DNA of 64,000 bases from Antedon mediterranea (GCF_964355755.1 NC_092678.1:18121365-18185364); one strand, 5' to 3'. Shown: positions 1-13,222, counted from the first letter of the stretch. Notes: generated by a model from the sequence alone, not told the origin. Numbers and translations are program-made.

Positions 1-451
1 AGGAATTTTTCTACAATTTTTAGTCAGTTGTGTATGGCTCGGTGGTGTGTGCTCGTGTCTATGGCACTAGACTCAAGGTACCGAGATCGAGTCTCACCTT
101 GGGAAACGAAATAAATTTTTTTTTTATTATCCGTATTGTTTGTTCAAATTTATTTCTTAGTGTATATATTATACACATGATTTATAATGAAATCTAGATA
201 AAAAATAACTTATGTCTTTATTATTATGTAACAGCAAATGTGGTTTATGACATTATACGCAGAGGGATCTTTGATCGGATTGTGATACCGGCTATTGTAT
301 TCGCGTTAGCAAGGTCCTATCATATATTATATATTATTTAAAGAATCTGAGAAAATCAATGAATCAAAATATCTTTTAAAAATAAATTATCTTTATTTTA
401 ATTATCAATGCATATAACCTATAATTCGTCATAGTGACGAATTAAATCTAG
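1..451 (+). mobile_element. 3' end of a Helitron-like non-autonomous element containing a tRNA-like segment
   Basis: Hairpin taattcgtca-tag-tgacgaatta (422-444) followed by aat-CTAG|T (448-452). A tRNA-like A/B-box segment (TGGCTCGGTGG...GATCGAGTCTC) lies at ~31-104. Confidence 0.5.
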
Positions 452-1215
452 TTTTATTTTATATCTTTAGGCAATGTGGCCAAGGATTACCAATAGTGAA
501 TTAATCACTGTCCTATCAGATAGGTGGTAATCCCCCTGATACAGGGGCTATTTTGTGTTATGTATAATACATTAAAAGCTTTTATCATAAAATCACTTTT
601 TATCATTAAAACTATTAAAAATACAATATTAAAAAGGAAGAATTGCACAATGATACGTTAACTCTACAGTTTTGTATCTGCCAGTAGACGTTTCGATTTT
701 TTTTAAATATTATGAAACGCCATATGTCTCAAAATATTTATTTTTTAACTACTTTCGAACTAGAACCTACTTGATTAAAAGCATAGACCATCAAAGACAT
801 TTGCATTACCAATTAATCAAACCATAATTATTCCAACGCATTATTATAAATCGCTTAGTTGGTCATGTTTATTTGGATTAATTTTAGTCGTAAAACTTAT
901 AATTATCGTTTATGAATTACTCATCTGAGCCTATAATTGTTTATTAATTGATAAATGTAAATTTACAAAATATTTCTTACGTATCTTCACAACAAAACAC
1001 CTGTTGATAGCATTCAGACACTTTTACGGCCATTTTGACAAATGTTCTCAACGGTACATGTACCCGATTCAGCTGTCAATAGGAAGAGTCTAACTGACTA
1101 TTGCAAGTCATCTAGAAACGAGTCATAACAGGTATATGCGTATAAAATCACTGTTACTACATGTTACATGAGTTGGTTAATAGTAGTATGGGTCTTAACG
1201 CCAGTTTATGGTTTA

Positions 1216-1394
1216 AGCGTGGTTCCCACTAGCGACGCAACACAAGGATGTAACGCAACGCAAGTGAATTGACCAATCACAAACGAAGGCTTATTCGCTT
1301 GTGATTGCTAACTGTCTATAACTTCGCTTGTCATTGGTTAAAACGCTTGCGTTGCGTTTACGTCCTTCCGTTACGTTCTAGTGGGAACCAAGCT
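1216..1394. mobile_element. PIF/Harbinger-type MITE, family A (~180 bp)
   Basis: TIR AGCGTGGTTCCCACTAG...CTAGTGGGAACCAAGCT with TWA flanks; near-identical copy at 25402-25581. Confidence 0.85.
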
Positions 1395-4300
1395 TAAGGC
1401 CTACTTCTGATTATTGCAACCTGGGAAAGTAACGCAAACATAAAAACACAATTAAACGCAAACATAATCCTAGACAATTAACTAATAACAATTCACGAGC
1501 TCACTTATTTGTTTATCTCAACGGTTCACAAAGTGTTTAATCGTTATGTGGAATTAACGATGCCTCATAATATTTTAGCCGTACTTCTGAATATTACCAC
1601 TTAGAAAACGCAAACAAACGCAATAAAACACAATTAAACGCAATAACTGCATAATCTTATAAAAACAACTAATGAACTATATAACTAATGTAATTCAAAT
1701 AAATAATAAATAATCAATCATATAATTTATGAGCTAACTTATTTATTCATCTATAATAATTAGTACCGCCCTTATAATGCCAGAATAAATTAAGCATGAC
1801 GAATAATAATTATAATGCACTGTGTTTTGGTTTCGGGTGACGCTACAATTGAAATGGAAACAAATGCTAGTGGCGACTTGTGACTCACTATAAAGGTGAT
1901 AACAGTAAAATGGCTTTCCATAATGAGTCATAGTTAAATTTAGCTGGTAGAGTAATTTGAAATAAATCATAACTAATAATTTAATTATTATAGTTATAGA
2001 TATAATCTAATATTGGTTGTACATGAATTTGTTGTATTTAATGCGAACGAGTACTTTTTAAAAGTGGTTTAGTTTGTCCAAAACTAAATACTAAAAAGAA
2101 TGTCTCTTTACGAAGGTTTTTAATAATAATTATATTGAAAATGTTTGGTTTTGGGGAATCGCCGATTCAAGAGGGTTTGTTTATGATGTAACTATCTGTT
2201 TGACGCTTTATTGCTTCATTAGTCTGTCATTTAAAAATAATCATTCTGAGAAACTACCGAACAGCAAAAACAAACAACAATGGAAAATTGCCGAAAATTC
2301 TGTACTTATAACATTGGGAATCTACCGAAAATACAAACTGACAGCAATGAAAACTACCGAAAATACTGACATTCAAAACATTCAAAAACTATCACAAATT
2401 CACAAACAGACAACAAAATGAAAAACTACCGAAAATACAAACTGACAGCAATGAAAAACTGCCGAAAATATAAACTGACAGCAGTGAAAAACTACAGAAA
2501 ATTCTAACAGTGCAGCAATAATGAAAACTGCAGAAAGTTCTAACACAATAAAAAATACCGAAACTTACTACTGTACTAGGCCAACCTGAAACTAAATCAG
2601 CGTCATTTTTAATATTGAAAGTAATGTGTATTTTCCCTAAAAACAACCTATTTTGTGTGTAAATAAACTTGCAATTGTTAACATTATCTTCGGTTTCATC
2701 ATTGTTATTTTATTATTCACGATTAGCAGTGAACACTATCGTCTGCGCAATTGAAGACGACTAAACGGTGTAAACGCATTATAGAAACGCATTGACCGTT
2801 CACCGCTCTAGAGATACCGTTACTGATCTCTGTAATACAATCTCAATTACACAACAAACATTTGAATTGCGGTCAGTTTTGGCTGGAGATAAAAAAACCA
2901 GGTTAATGAATGCTGTAATTATCTGAGCGCGTGTGTTAATTAGCGCGATAATACGCACTTGTCCATTTGTGTTAGGATTTGGAAACTAAGTAAAGCCAAA
3001 CTGAATACAATCTCTGGCTGAATGATGATGATAGAGATATAATATGTTTTACAATTCAATCTTTTTCGTGTACTGTCTTGTGTATATCCTTCGCTCTGTG
3101 TTGTTTGAAAATTATACGTGACGCGGGACGTGACGCATCCATTATCTTGTGTAAATCATAATAATTTATTTATTTTTGTAAACATACATATTTTTAATTG
3201 AATATATTACACTAGTAAGCTTGTTCTTCTTCCAAATGTAAATACCTTGTCAAGTGATGCACCAATATCAAAACCTAACTACTCGGACATGGATATCGTG
3301 TCTTAAAACATACTGGGCATGCGCATATGTTTCAGAGCGTGCGCAGTGAATTCAGTAACGCAACGCAAGTGAATTGACCAATCACAAGCGATGGCTTAAT
3401 CGCTTGTGATTGCTAACTGTCTATAACTTTGCTTGTCATTGGTTAAAACGCTTGCGTTGCGTTTACGTCCTTGCGTTACGTTCTAGTGGGAACCAAGCTT
3501 AAGGCCTACTTCTGATTATTGCAACCTGGTAAAGTAACGCAAACATAAAAACACAATTAAACGCAAAAATAATCCTAGAAAATTAACTAATAACAATTCA
3601 TGAGCTCACTTATTTGTTTATCTCAACGGTTCACGAAGTGTTTAATCGTTATGGAATTAACGATGCCTCATAATATTTTAGCCCTACTTCTGAATATTAC
3701 AACTTAGAAAACGCAAACAAACGCAATAAAATACAATTAAACACAATAACTGCAATCTTATAAAAAGAACTAATGAACTATATAACTCATGTAATTTAAA
3801 TAAATAATAAATAATCAATCATATAATTTATGAGCTAACTTATTTATTCATCTATAATAATTAGTACCGCCCTTATAATGCCAGAATAAATTAAGCATGA
3901 CGAATAATAATTATAATGCACTGTGTTTTGGTTTCAGGTGAAGCTACAATTGAAATGGAAACAAATGCTAGTGGCGACTTGTGACTCACTACAAAGGTGA
4001 TAACAGTAAAAATGGCTTTCCATAATGAGTCATAGTTAAATTTAGCTGGTAGAGTAATTTGAAATAAATCATAACTAATAATTTAATTATTATAGTTATA
4101 GATATAATCTAATATTGGTTGTACATGAATTTGTTGTATTTAATGCGAACGAGTATTTTTAGAAGTGGTTTAGTTTGTCCAAAACTAAATATTAAAAAGA
4201 ATGTCTCTTTAGGAAGGTTTTTAATAAAAATTATTTTGAAAATGTTTGGTTTTGGGGAATCGCCGATTCAAGAGGGTTTGTTTATGATGTAACTATCTGT

Positions 4301-5497
4301 TTGACGCTTTATTGCTTCATTAGTCTGTCATTTAAAAATAATCATTCTGAGAAACTACCGAACAGCAAAAACAAACAACAATGGAAAATTGCCGAAAATT
4401 CTGTACTTATAACATTGGGAATCTACCGAAAATACAAACTGACAGCAATGAAAACTACCGAAAATACTGACATTCAAAACATTCAAAAACTATCACAAAT
4501 TTTAACAGACAACGAAATGAAAAACTACCGAAAATACAAACTGACAGCAATAAAAAACTGCCGAAAATACAACTGACAGCAATGAAAAACTGCCGAAAAT
4601 ACAAACTGACAGCAATGAAAAACTGCCGAAAATATAAACTGACAGCAGTGAAAAACTACAGAAAATTCTAACAGTTCAGCAATAATGAAAACTGCAGAAA
4701 GTTCTGACACAATTAAAAATACCGAAACTTACTACTAGGCCAAACTGAAACTAAATCAGCGTCATTTTTAATATTGAAAGTAATGTGTATTTTCCCTAAA
4801 AACAACCTATTTTTTGTGTAAATAAACTTGCAATTGTTAACATTATCTTCGGTTTCATCATTGTTATTTTATTATTCACGATTAGCAGTGAACCATTATC
4901 GTCTGTGCAATTGAAGACGACTAAACGGTGTAAACGCATTATAGAAACGCATTGACCGTTCACCGCTCTAGAGATACCGTTACTGATCTCTGTAATACAA
5001 TCTCAATTACACAACAAACATTTGAATTGCGGTCAGTATTGGCTGGAGATAAAAAACCAGAGAGAAACCAGGTTAATGAATGCTGTAATTATCTGAGCGC
5101 GTGTGTTAATTAGCGCGATAATACGCACTTGTCCATTTGTGTTAGGATTTGGAAACTAAGTAAGCCAAACTGAATACGATCTCTGGCTGAATGATGATGA
5201 TAGAGATATAATATGTTTTACAATTTTCGTGTACTGTCTTGTGTATACCCTTCGCTCTGTGTTGTTTGAAAATTATACGTGACGCATCCATTATCTTGTG
5301 TAAATCATAATAATTTATTTATTTTTGTAAACATACATATTTTTAATTGAATATATTACACTAGTAAGCTTGTTCTTCTTCCAAATGTAAATACCTTGTC
5401 AAGTGATGCACCAATATCGAAACCTAACTACTCGGACATGGATATCGTGTCTTAAAACATACTGCGCATGCGCTTATGTTTCAGAGCGTGCGCAGTG
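1250..5497 (+). repeat. ~2.1-kb tandem segmental duplication (1250-3348 / 3356-5497)
   Basis: The two copies are co-linear and highly similar with small indels; both give the same spurious ORF start MTLYCFISLSF (2200 and 4301). Confidence 0.95.
2320..2560 (+). repeat. ~32-bp minisatellite (gaaaactaccgaaaatacaaactgacagcaat); second copy 4420-4720 with two extra units
   Basis: Tandem repetition visible in both duplication copies. Confidence 0.8.
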
Positions 5498-5896
5498 TTA
5501 GAATGTAGCGTTGTGAACGTATAAGTTGTGTACAACACTTTCGTTTATAATGCTACGTTTGGTATTATTCGAGATGCTGTTTCATAAATGTTAAACCGCC
5601 TGCTTTAATTTATGGCTTTACGATGCATTATACTATTAACAACAACCTTCGATTTACAATCCGGATAAGAAAATATAGATTAGAACAGTAACAGAGCCGT
5701 AAATCATATCATCGTTACATCATAATATGCATGTTTTTGTTGCTCAGTTAGTACAAATTAAACTAATTAGTAGCACCCCAAAGAGCCATTGATGTCATCA
5801 TTTACAGACCCAAACACGGGGCTGCCGGAAATGTCACGGCGTCGGGAGGATGCGCAACTGTGGGAACTAACCTTCATGTTATGAAACCTACTCTTC

Positions 5897-6030
5897 CTGA
5901 CTTACTCCCCCTGACCCAAGGCGCATTACCCCCACTGACTTACTCCCCCTGAACCAAGGCGCATTACTCCTTTTGAATTACTCCCCCTGACCCAAGGCGC
6001 ATTACGCCCCCTGATTTACTCCCCTTGACC
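5897..6030 (+). repeat. ~39-bp minisatellite (ttactccccctgacccaaggcgcattac...)
   Basis: Three to four imperfect units. Confidence 0.75.
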
Positions 6031-7518
6031 CCAGGTGCAGGTTCGTGGAACAGACCCCGTCAGAAACACGAACGTTTGCCGCGCACAGAAACATCCATAA
6101 TCTTGGGGAACACACTGCTCTCCCGCTCTTTTAAATTTTAGATAAAACAACGCTAATGTAACACTGGGTTAATTTTAAAATTTCATTTACTATAATTCTC
6201 CCTATTTCAAATTTCTTGTAGGTCAACTTGATATGGAAAAGACACCGATCTATTTTTTGAAAACATCTGCGTCTTGTAATAGTGTCAAAATATTCTGTAG
6301 GCACGAATACGCGTTATGTTTGCTCGTCGAAGCGAAATAGTAACGCTTGTTCAACTGCTATCACGTCCGATACGACGCTTCCGAAGATTAACAATATCGA
6401 CTGATCTGCCTGCCTAGACTTCCGCTGGTAGGTTAATATATTGTATGAGGACAAGGCCGCTTGGAAATGAAGACACACCCTAACAAAACAGCAAATTGCA
6501 TTGTAATTCATACCATATTTTTATTACCGATTACTCAAGGTTTTATGAAATAAATTCTGCAATAAAAATCAAAATATGACGTGAAAGGTCACGTGAAAGG
6601 TCGCGTTAAAGTCACAGCATTGTGGTATTATTAAACCAAATCATATAATGTAGCTATTAATAGTTTGTACAAAAATAATTCGCAATTTAAAAAACTGACT
6701 TACCAATTGCATAATATGAAGCTTTTGTAGGCGCGCCTACCCAACAAAACCATGCAATTATTTAAATTATAATAATGTTGTACATTGGGACCGTATCTGT
6801 AGTTCTATTTTAAAATAGAGCCTTTATTTCAGTATACTTATTACATTGACATGATTGTGTGTTTATTGGAAAAAAAAATTGTAAACGCCGCTTTAAGTTA
6901 AATCAGTTGAACCGTAAGATGGCGCTCTTTACAATTCAACAACATTCGTATAAAAAGAGAAAATAAACGTTAAATTATAACCCAAAAACCATTGTCTGAC
7001 AGACAAATTAAATTACATTATATGACAACAAAATGACACATTCAAAAACAAATTTAAAATTTAAAACTGTTACGCGAGAAGCGTTTTTTGTAAGAAATAA
7101 TTCTTGTTTATTTCTTCTTTTACCATTTTGTATTTAAACAAATAATTGGATAGTATTTATCTTTCAAATTAAAACGTATAATTAAAACATAATTGAAGTA
7201 TTATTTATACCAGTAACCAAGAAATTAATTAGACCAGAGATACACTGTATTCAGGCTTACGTTGTTGGCATGACTCGGCAATAGTATTTTTATGAAAAAC
7301 ACTTATTTTTTATTACTCTTTTATGTAACATATTTTAGGCAAACAGTTATCTAAAGACAGTATTTGTCCATATATGTTGTTTCAGTATAGCCTATAACGT
7401 GTAATTACACAAAAAGTTAGTCCTACTGAATGTACTACTACTCCTCTCGCGTGCAACACGCGCGCCAAACGAGGACTATAATTATGTCATTGTGTCACAG
7501 GCAGACATGAAATTGTAA

Positions 7519-7664
7519 ATCTCTATCTACACTATCAAACTGTATGTGACAAAATAATGTGATGTGCCCATATTATATATGGACATGGTGATGTCATTAT
7601 TACTACCATATTTGGGCACATCACACTTTTTTGTCGCATAAAGTTTGATAGTGTAGACAGAGCT
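7519..7664. mobile_element. Harbinger-type MITE, family B
   Basis: TIR (AG)CTCT(G)TCTACACTATCAAAC...GTTTGATAGTGTAGACAGAGCT; related copy at 59390-59537. Confidence 0.8.
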
Positions 7665-7678
7665 TAACGGTTTGGTAA

Positions 7679-7836
7679 ATCGTGGTTCCCACTAGATACG
7701 CAACACAAGGACGTACGCGCAACGCAAGCGAGTTGACCAATGACAAGCCGCTGTTCGAATAATCCATCGCTTGTGATTTGTTAAATCACTTGCGTTGTGT
7801 TACGTCCTTGCGTTGTGTCGCTAGGGGAACCAAGCT
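7679..7836. mobile_element. MITE family A copy
   Basis: CGTGGTTCCCACTAG...CTAGGGGAACCAAGCT with internal gcaacgcaag/gaccaat motifs. Confidence 0.8.
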
Positions 7837-8360
7837 GTAGGCTTTGAATTTAACTGGAAAAAAATACATGCGGTACTTTCGTATTATATGATTGTTTTTT
7901 AAAGCCAACTGCAGCCTCGCCATGGACTCGTCTGTCATATATATGCATTAGGCCTAACAATCCATTCAACACGATAAGAATTAAACAATAATTCTGTTTA
8001 GATAGAGATGATAAAAACTACATTTCGACACGATTATACCACTTTATACCTTATAGGTTCAATGACAGTTAATTTACTGTACCATCTGCCTTAGTATTTT
8101 CTTTTGTGATAAAACGAAGGAAAAATCAATGAACGTCCAACGTATCTTTTTCAAATTATGAATTATGGAGAGATATGAGATTACAGTAAATTGCTATTAA
8201 AAAGTTCATTGTGCAAAATTCAATTTGGGTTTCTCATATCAATTTATTATAAGCTCATTAGTGGAAGTGATGTGCTCTTGTCGTGTACGCGTTGAATCGA
8301 CGTACACTATGTACTTCAACATTAACATATTCATGATGACGACAAAATATATATCTGTAA

Positions 8361-8909
8361 AGATTGGTTCCCACTAGATAAACAGCATGATGTAACGCAA
8401 CGCAGGTGGTTTGCCCAATCACAAGCGATGGAGTATTCGAACTGTCGGTTGTCATTGGTCAACTCGCTTGTCTTGCGTCTACGGCCTTGCTTCTAGTGGG
8501 AACCAAGCTGTAAGTTTGTTTCCCATTTGGACACAACGTAATGATGTAACGTAAGTATTTTGAACACCAATGACGAGGCGTGTTATTGGTCAACTCACTG
8601 TACATGCGATGCGCCTGCTTTGCGTTGCGTTCAAGCATTGGGGGAACGAAGCTTAAATGCCAATTTACACAGACGAGCGGTAACGGTAATAACGCAGCGC
8701 TACGGCTATGAGCGCTCACTGGATAAAAACGCATTAGGCCTCCAGCGCTGGAAGGCGGCTTGGGGTTCCTATACCAGTGACTATAGCATCTATTCTTCCT
8801 TATGACCACACACCGCGGTTTCCGTCTCAATATAGATACAGCTTATCGTGGGAACAAGCTACGCGGTTTTCCGCTTACCGTTACCGCTCGTCTCTGTGTA
8901 AATTGGCCT
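8361..8909. mobile_element. Three abutting Harbinger-type MITEs (8361-8509 family A, 8513-8653 family A-like, 8657-8909 family C)
   Basis: Each has its own TIR pair; family C TIR is GCCAATTTACACAGACGAGCGGTAACGGTAA...TTACCGTTACCGCTCGTCTCTGTGTAAATTGGC. They are separated by only 3 bp (gta, taa). Confidence 0.8.
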
Positions 8910-9484
8910 CAAAGAACAGAATTCCCTTTTTACCGTATTCTTATTCGAATTTGCGGAATCCTCTTCAATGCATTAAAATAGCGTCTTTAAATAAGTGTTT
9001 TATTTGAAATATCATCTAATCCTTGGCTTGAATTTTATAAGGAATTTATTATTTAAAACGTTTTTGGCAATTGATACCTCGCGGAGATAGATATGCATTA
9101 TCGCATAATTGCACACCGGTTTAATTAGCAGCGAAAACAAAACGTGATCAATCAAAAAGTGCATTTTTATTGCTTCATTGATTTTATATCAACACACATG
9201 GCTGATGTAACCAATATTATCTTAACAATTTTATCGGTGAAAGAGATAATATAAAACAGATATTATTTTTATTTTGTTTCTTTGTATGATGTATTGTAGT
9301 ACTCTACTGACATTTAAAAATTTCATCGTTTTAACATTATAGTTACAATGTAACTGAAGCAATATGTTTGTAGTCATTTTAACAAATTTTAATTTCTCCT
9401 AAGGTTCTCTTCACGTTTAGGTACAGCCAACAAAGACACTTATTCTGAGATGGGCCAGTAGACCGGGGTATACCCTCCCCCACC

Positions 9485-9679
9485 CAGTGGCGTAACGCGG
9501 AGGCCAGAGGCCCCTGGTTTAGGAACCACTTGATGCCTCGGGCGGTTTTAGCATTTTCGACATATGTATACCTGTTTTCCTCTTGGCACTGCTCATGGGC
9601 CCCATGAGCTCCATGCCTCCCCCCCCCCCCCCCCCCGGGGTTTAGCCAGTGAGCGCTCTTATCCGTTACGCCACCACTG
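9485..9679. mobile_element. hAT-like MITE (CAGTGGCGTAACG termini)
   Basis: CAGTGGCGTAACGCGG...CCGTTACGCCACCACTG; a shorter relative is at 18215-18318. Confidence 0.65.
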
Positions 9680-9782
9680 CGTTTCGTGTGTACACTGAAC
9701 CTCCAATCATTATGTGTTTATTAATTAATTTGATTAATTTTCTATTTTTACTGAATATATATTCAGTGGCCATAAAAAAAGA

Positions 9783-9905
9783 ATGAAAAACATCAAACAA
9801 ATTAAACAACTAGCCAATGAAAGATCCGATTGGAAACAACTGGTAAAAGAGATATACGGAGCACCCCAAGCGGAAATGTCGTAGACTTCAGCGGAAAGGC
9901 AGTAA
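9783..9905 (+). pseudogene. Possible 3'-terminal fragment of an RTE-like LINE ORF
   Basis: Translates KQLANERSDWKQLVKEIYG...stop, resembling the A-x-D/E-R-x-x-W-x-x-L-V C-terminus of RTE reverse transcriptase ORFs. Confidence 0.35.
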
Positions 9906-10703
9906 TCTATCAACAATCATTATAAGAAAGAAACCCACGAAACGTTTACTTTAACTGAATACATTTTAGGAGTCAACGAACTCATTTTAATTTGATTTTT
10001 TTATAGATTCGATACAACTTAATGCATTAAAATGTGGAAAACAACGAACTGTCAGGTAAGTAAAACGTTGATTTGTTCAAACTATTAATCATGTGAACGT
10101 GAACCCAATGGTTTACACTCCTATTGGCCTTGTGTTAATGACGTATATTACAAACAAAACATTAACCCATCAAAATGTTAATGAACCAGATGGCTTACTG
10201 TGCTACGACGAAATAATCAAGCAGGGTTTTTTTTAGAATTGATTTCAATTACCAATTACGGTATACAAAACTGACGTCTTACATTGTATTTAGTATTATT
10301 ATTTGGGAGTCTTTTAGCTATTAAGATAATTAGACCTTATTACAATGAAAGCAGTTATGGGTTGTGTTCTTGCTTTTAGGTTCATAGATTAATATATAAA
10401 CGCTTAACAACAAATCAACAAATGTATCGATCGATTAATGTTGGTATAATTTATTTCAGGCCTAGGCCTATGTGTGATTTCAATCTACTAGACATTAATT
10501 TTTTTTAAGAAAATCGGTAAAATGTTGCGATTGTTGTTAATTTTGTATTCTATTACTTTGATCAGGTTGGCGTATTAAATTAATTAAGGCAATTTATGAG
10601 TAGGTTTTCGACTGAATATAAACGAATAATATAGTACTTTATTTTATTTTCGATTTTGTTAAAAACTGGGTTGCTGCCCTCTATAATTGTAATCCAAAAC
10701 TAA

Positions 10704-10750
10704 TAGCGCGACCTCTGTCGTCAAACTTTAGTCTAACAAAATGGCTGCGC
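10704..10750 (+). promoter_or_regulatory. NDUFAF3 core promoter with YY1-like site overlapping the start codon
   Basis: AAAATGGCTGC spans the ATG (YY1 consensus AANATGGCG/T). A GCG(C)GACCTCTG element at ~10706 resembles GCGCCCTCTA at 28542 upstream of STIMATE. Confidence 0.4.
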
Positions 10751-12744
10751 CCATGGGTCTTGTCAGGCCTCGTCTGTCAGGCATTCTAAGCCTGATATTT
10801 TCCAATGTAAAATGTATTGGTTCATGTTACAACATAAGGTAACAAGATTAAGATTTAATAGTTCTAGGCGCTATTGTAATAGCGCCTAGGCCTAGTTTAA
10901 CATATTTTATTTTAGGTCTAGGCTAGCCTACTATTCTAACTAAAAAAAAGCCAGGAGGCTAGAGCCTAGGCCTAGCCTGCCTCTCTAACTAAATCTAGGC
11001 CTAGCTAGACCTAGCCTAGAGGGAGTAGGCTAGAAGAATGAATGTCACGCATGCAGTCATATTTGGCCGGCATGATCATGTAAATTGTAATGATGATGGC
11101 GAAACCTGCCGCCATGTAGGCCTAGACAGAATTGCCTATAATATAGACTAGTACTAATACTAGTAGAGAGTCTACCCAAGCTGCCGCCTAGTAGTACAGT
11201 AGACCTACATCTGGTGGGGCCCAATAAAAAAAGGTTTTTCAGCTATATTAATATTATATTATATAATAAATGTTATTGAATAAATGGGTTGATGTCTATC
11301 TTTGTTTGGTCAGCTGTACATACAAATAAAACACTAATTATACTATACTTTTTAGTATTGTTGTACATTTAAACACTATCTTTGTAAACATTTGTATTTT
11401 TGCAGCAAAACATCAAACCGAACATTCAGCAGGCTGCATCCTACTGATGATGAACTGTACGTTAAAACTACAGTTAGTCTTTTGTCGAAAGAGGTCACCG
11501 ACGTCCCACAAGTGACAGCCTACAGTCAGAAGGGATTCACCATTAGTGAGGATTCAATTACTGGGCCAGTTGCAATATTACCGAAGAGTCTCATCTCGTG
11601 GAATGTAAGGGTAACTTAATTCGATGTTCCGCAAGCTACGGGACACAAATTGTAAAAAAAAATATTAATAAAATATTTGACTGACAGGCAAGCATCTTAC
11701 CATCTTGTAATTCCACTTTCATGACATCATTTAATTTACTTTACTCTCTCTTTTTTTGCTAACTTGCACTATTTTTATTTACAGATTCGAAATTGGGAGG
11801 AGATTTCAAAAGAAAGTTTAAGTTTATTTTATTTGATAGAACCTAAAATAGGTGAGAAAATATGTTTGAGGAATAATAAAATGTCATTCCTATTTTGTAC
11901 TCAGTTTACCTCAGTGATTTTTTTCAAACACGTAATCAGTGGAGCTGTGTTTTGACTTTGTCAGGTACCCATTTATACACCTGGATGAAGAGAGGTAAAT
12001 GTAAGTAATGTCTTAACAAAGACACAAGCAATGTGACGAGCATTGGAATCGAACCCGCGATCAATACACTGTTGGACAGTAACAATGTGTACCAGTAAAA
12101 GATCTTGGTTATAAACGATGAGACTACTGTAATTGTCTTAATTTATTAACATTGTCCTGTAATTTTAATTATATATTTTTAGAAATTTTTATACTCGGTG
12201 TTGGATCAACAAACCGAAGACTTGACCCTGAAATTCACTCCTTTATGAGTTCAAAGGGCATAGCACTGGAAGTGCAAGATACGGTAAGTGACATACATTT
12301 TGGGGAACTTCTAATTCACTCCTTTATGAGTTCAAAGGTCATAGCGCTAAAAGTTCAAGATACTGTAAGTGACATGCATTTGGAGAACTTCTAATTCACT
12401 CCTTTATGAGTTCAAAGGTCATAGTGCTAAAAGTGTTTAATCCAATCATTATGTTGACATTAAATATTAAATTAAACTTTCAAACAGGGAAGTGGGGGGG
12501 GGGGGCTGAGATTGGACAGAATAATCTCTTCCAAAAGATACATTGGTTTCTTTAAGAGTGCACACACAGCCTATACAGTACTATAATTTTTTTTTCATTT
12601 CAGAGGCATGCATGCGCCACATTCAACTACTTGGTAAATGAAAGCCGTATCGTGGCAGCTGGCCTGATACCACTTGACCCTGTCTTACCCCCATCATTAG
12701 CAAAACTAAAAGGAATAGGAAAGGGACAACAATACATCGAATGA
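10741..12744 (+). CDS. NDUFAF3: NADH dehydrogenase (ubiquinone) complex I assembly factor 3 (Mth938/DUF498 family), 5 coding exons, 201 aa
   Basis: Exons 10741-10838, 11406-11604, 11785-11851, 12183-12283, 12604-12744, all GT-AG and phase-consistent (606 nt). Protein: MAAPMGLVRPRLSG (transit-peptide-like)...LHPTDDELYVKTTVSLL...ITGPVAILPKSLISWN...SLSLFYLIEPKIEIFILGVG...KGIALEVQDTRHACATFNYLVNESRIVAAGLIP, matching NDUFAF3 motifs. Confidence 0.95.
11955..12065 (-). mobile_element. tRNA-derived SINE fragment (related copies 54170-54290 minus, ~61720-61800 plus)
   Basis: The reverse strand reads B-box GGGTTCGATTCC then tgtgtcttt..cctctcttcatccaggtgtataaatgggtacctg. Confidence 0.6.
12232..12434 (+). 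repeat. 81/80-bp tandem triplication spanning the NDUFAF3 exon 4 donor
   Basis: aattcactcctttatgagttcaaagg starts at 12232, 12313 and 12393. Confidence 0.9.
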
Positions 12745-13222
12745 CCGAGATTCTCAGTTTAAAAAATCGGTAACTAGAATTCAATTTTATCAAATTGATT
12801 CAATTTTTAAAAAAACAAATACACTGTAATATATTTTATACTCCTCCTGAAGTTGTTTAGTGTTTTTTTTTCAATGTCGAGTTGGCCAAATTTTGACAAG
12901 AGAAATTTGGCTGAACCCTTTATGGTGTAAACCTGATCAAAATAGGTTTCTTCTGTTTATGTACATTGTTGCAGACTATTGTAGCCTGCAGGAGTTGTCA
13001 TTAAGGTTTTTAACTGTCCAGTTAACAAGTAGATAAGTTTTCTTACTTGCCCAAATTCAATATTACTGGCCACGAGTGTTGTATGCGAAAATTAAGTATC
13101 ATAAATGACACTTTATGTTAAAAAAATATTCTGGCCCCATTTGGCCAGTTTTACAGGCCTGCCATGGGTTTTACTGGCCATTGTACTAATTGAATGGCAA
13201 GTCATATACTCGTGGAGATATA

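Noticed and set aside
2200-4710. Duplicated short ORFs MTLYCFISLSF...
   Set aside because: TTG-start ORFs running through a minisatellite in the tandem duplication; no protein-like features.
6578-6616. Triplicated 12-mer with AGGTCA/CACGTG motifs
   Set aside because: Resembles nuclear-receptor and E-box sites, but is equally explained by slippage, and no nearby promoter was identified.
8258-9007. Several overlapping 65-123-aa ORFs
   Set aside because: They fall in GC-richer palindromic MITEs and have no recognisable domain.
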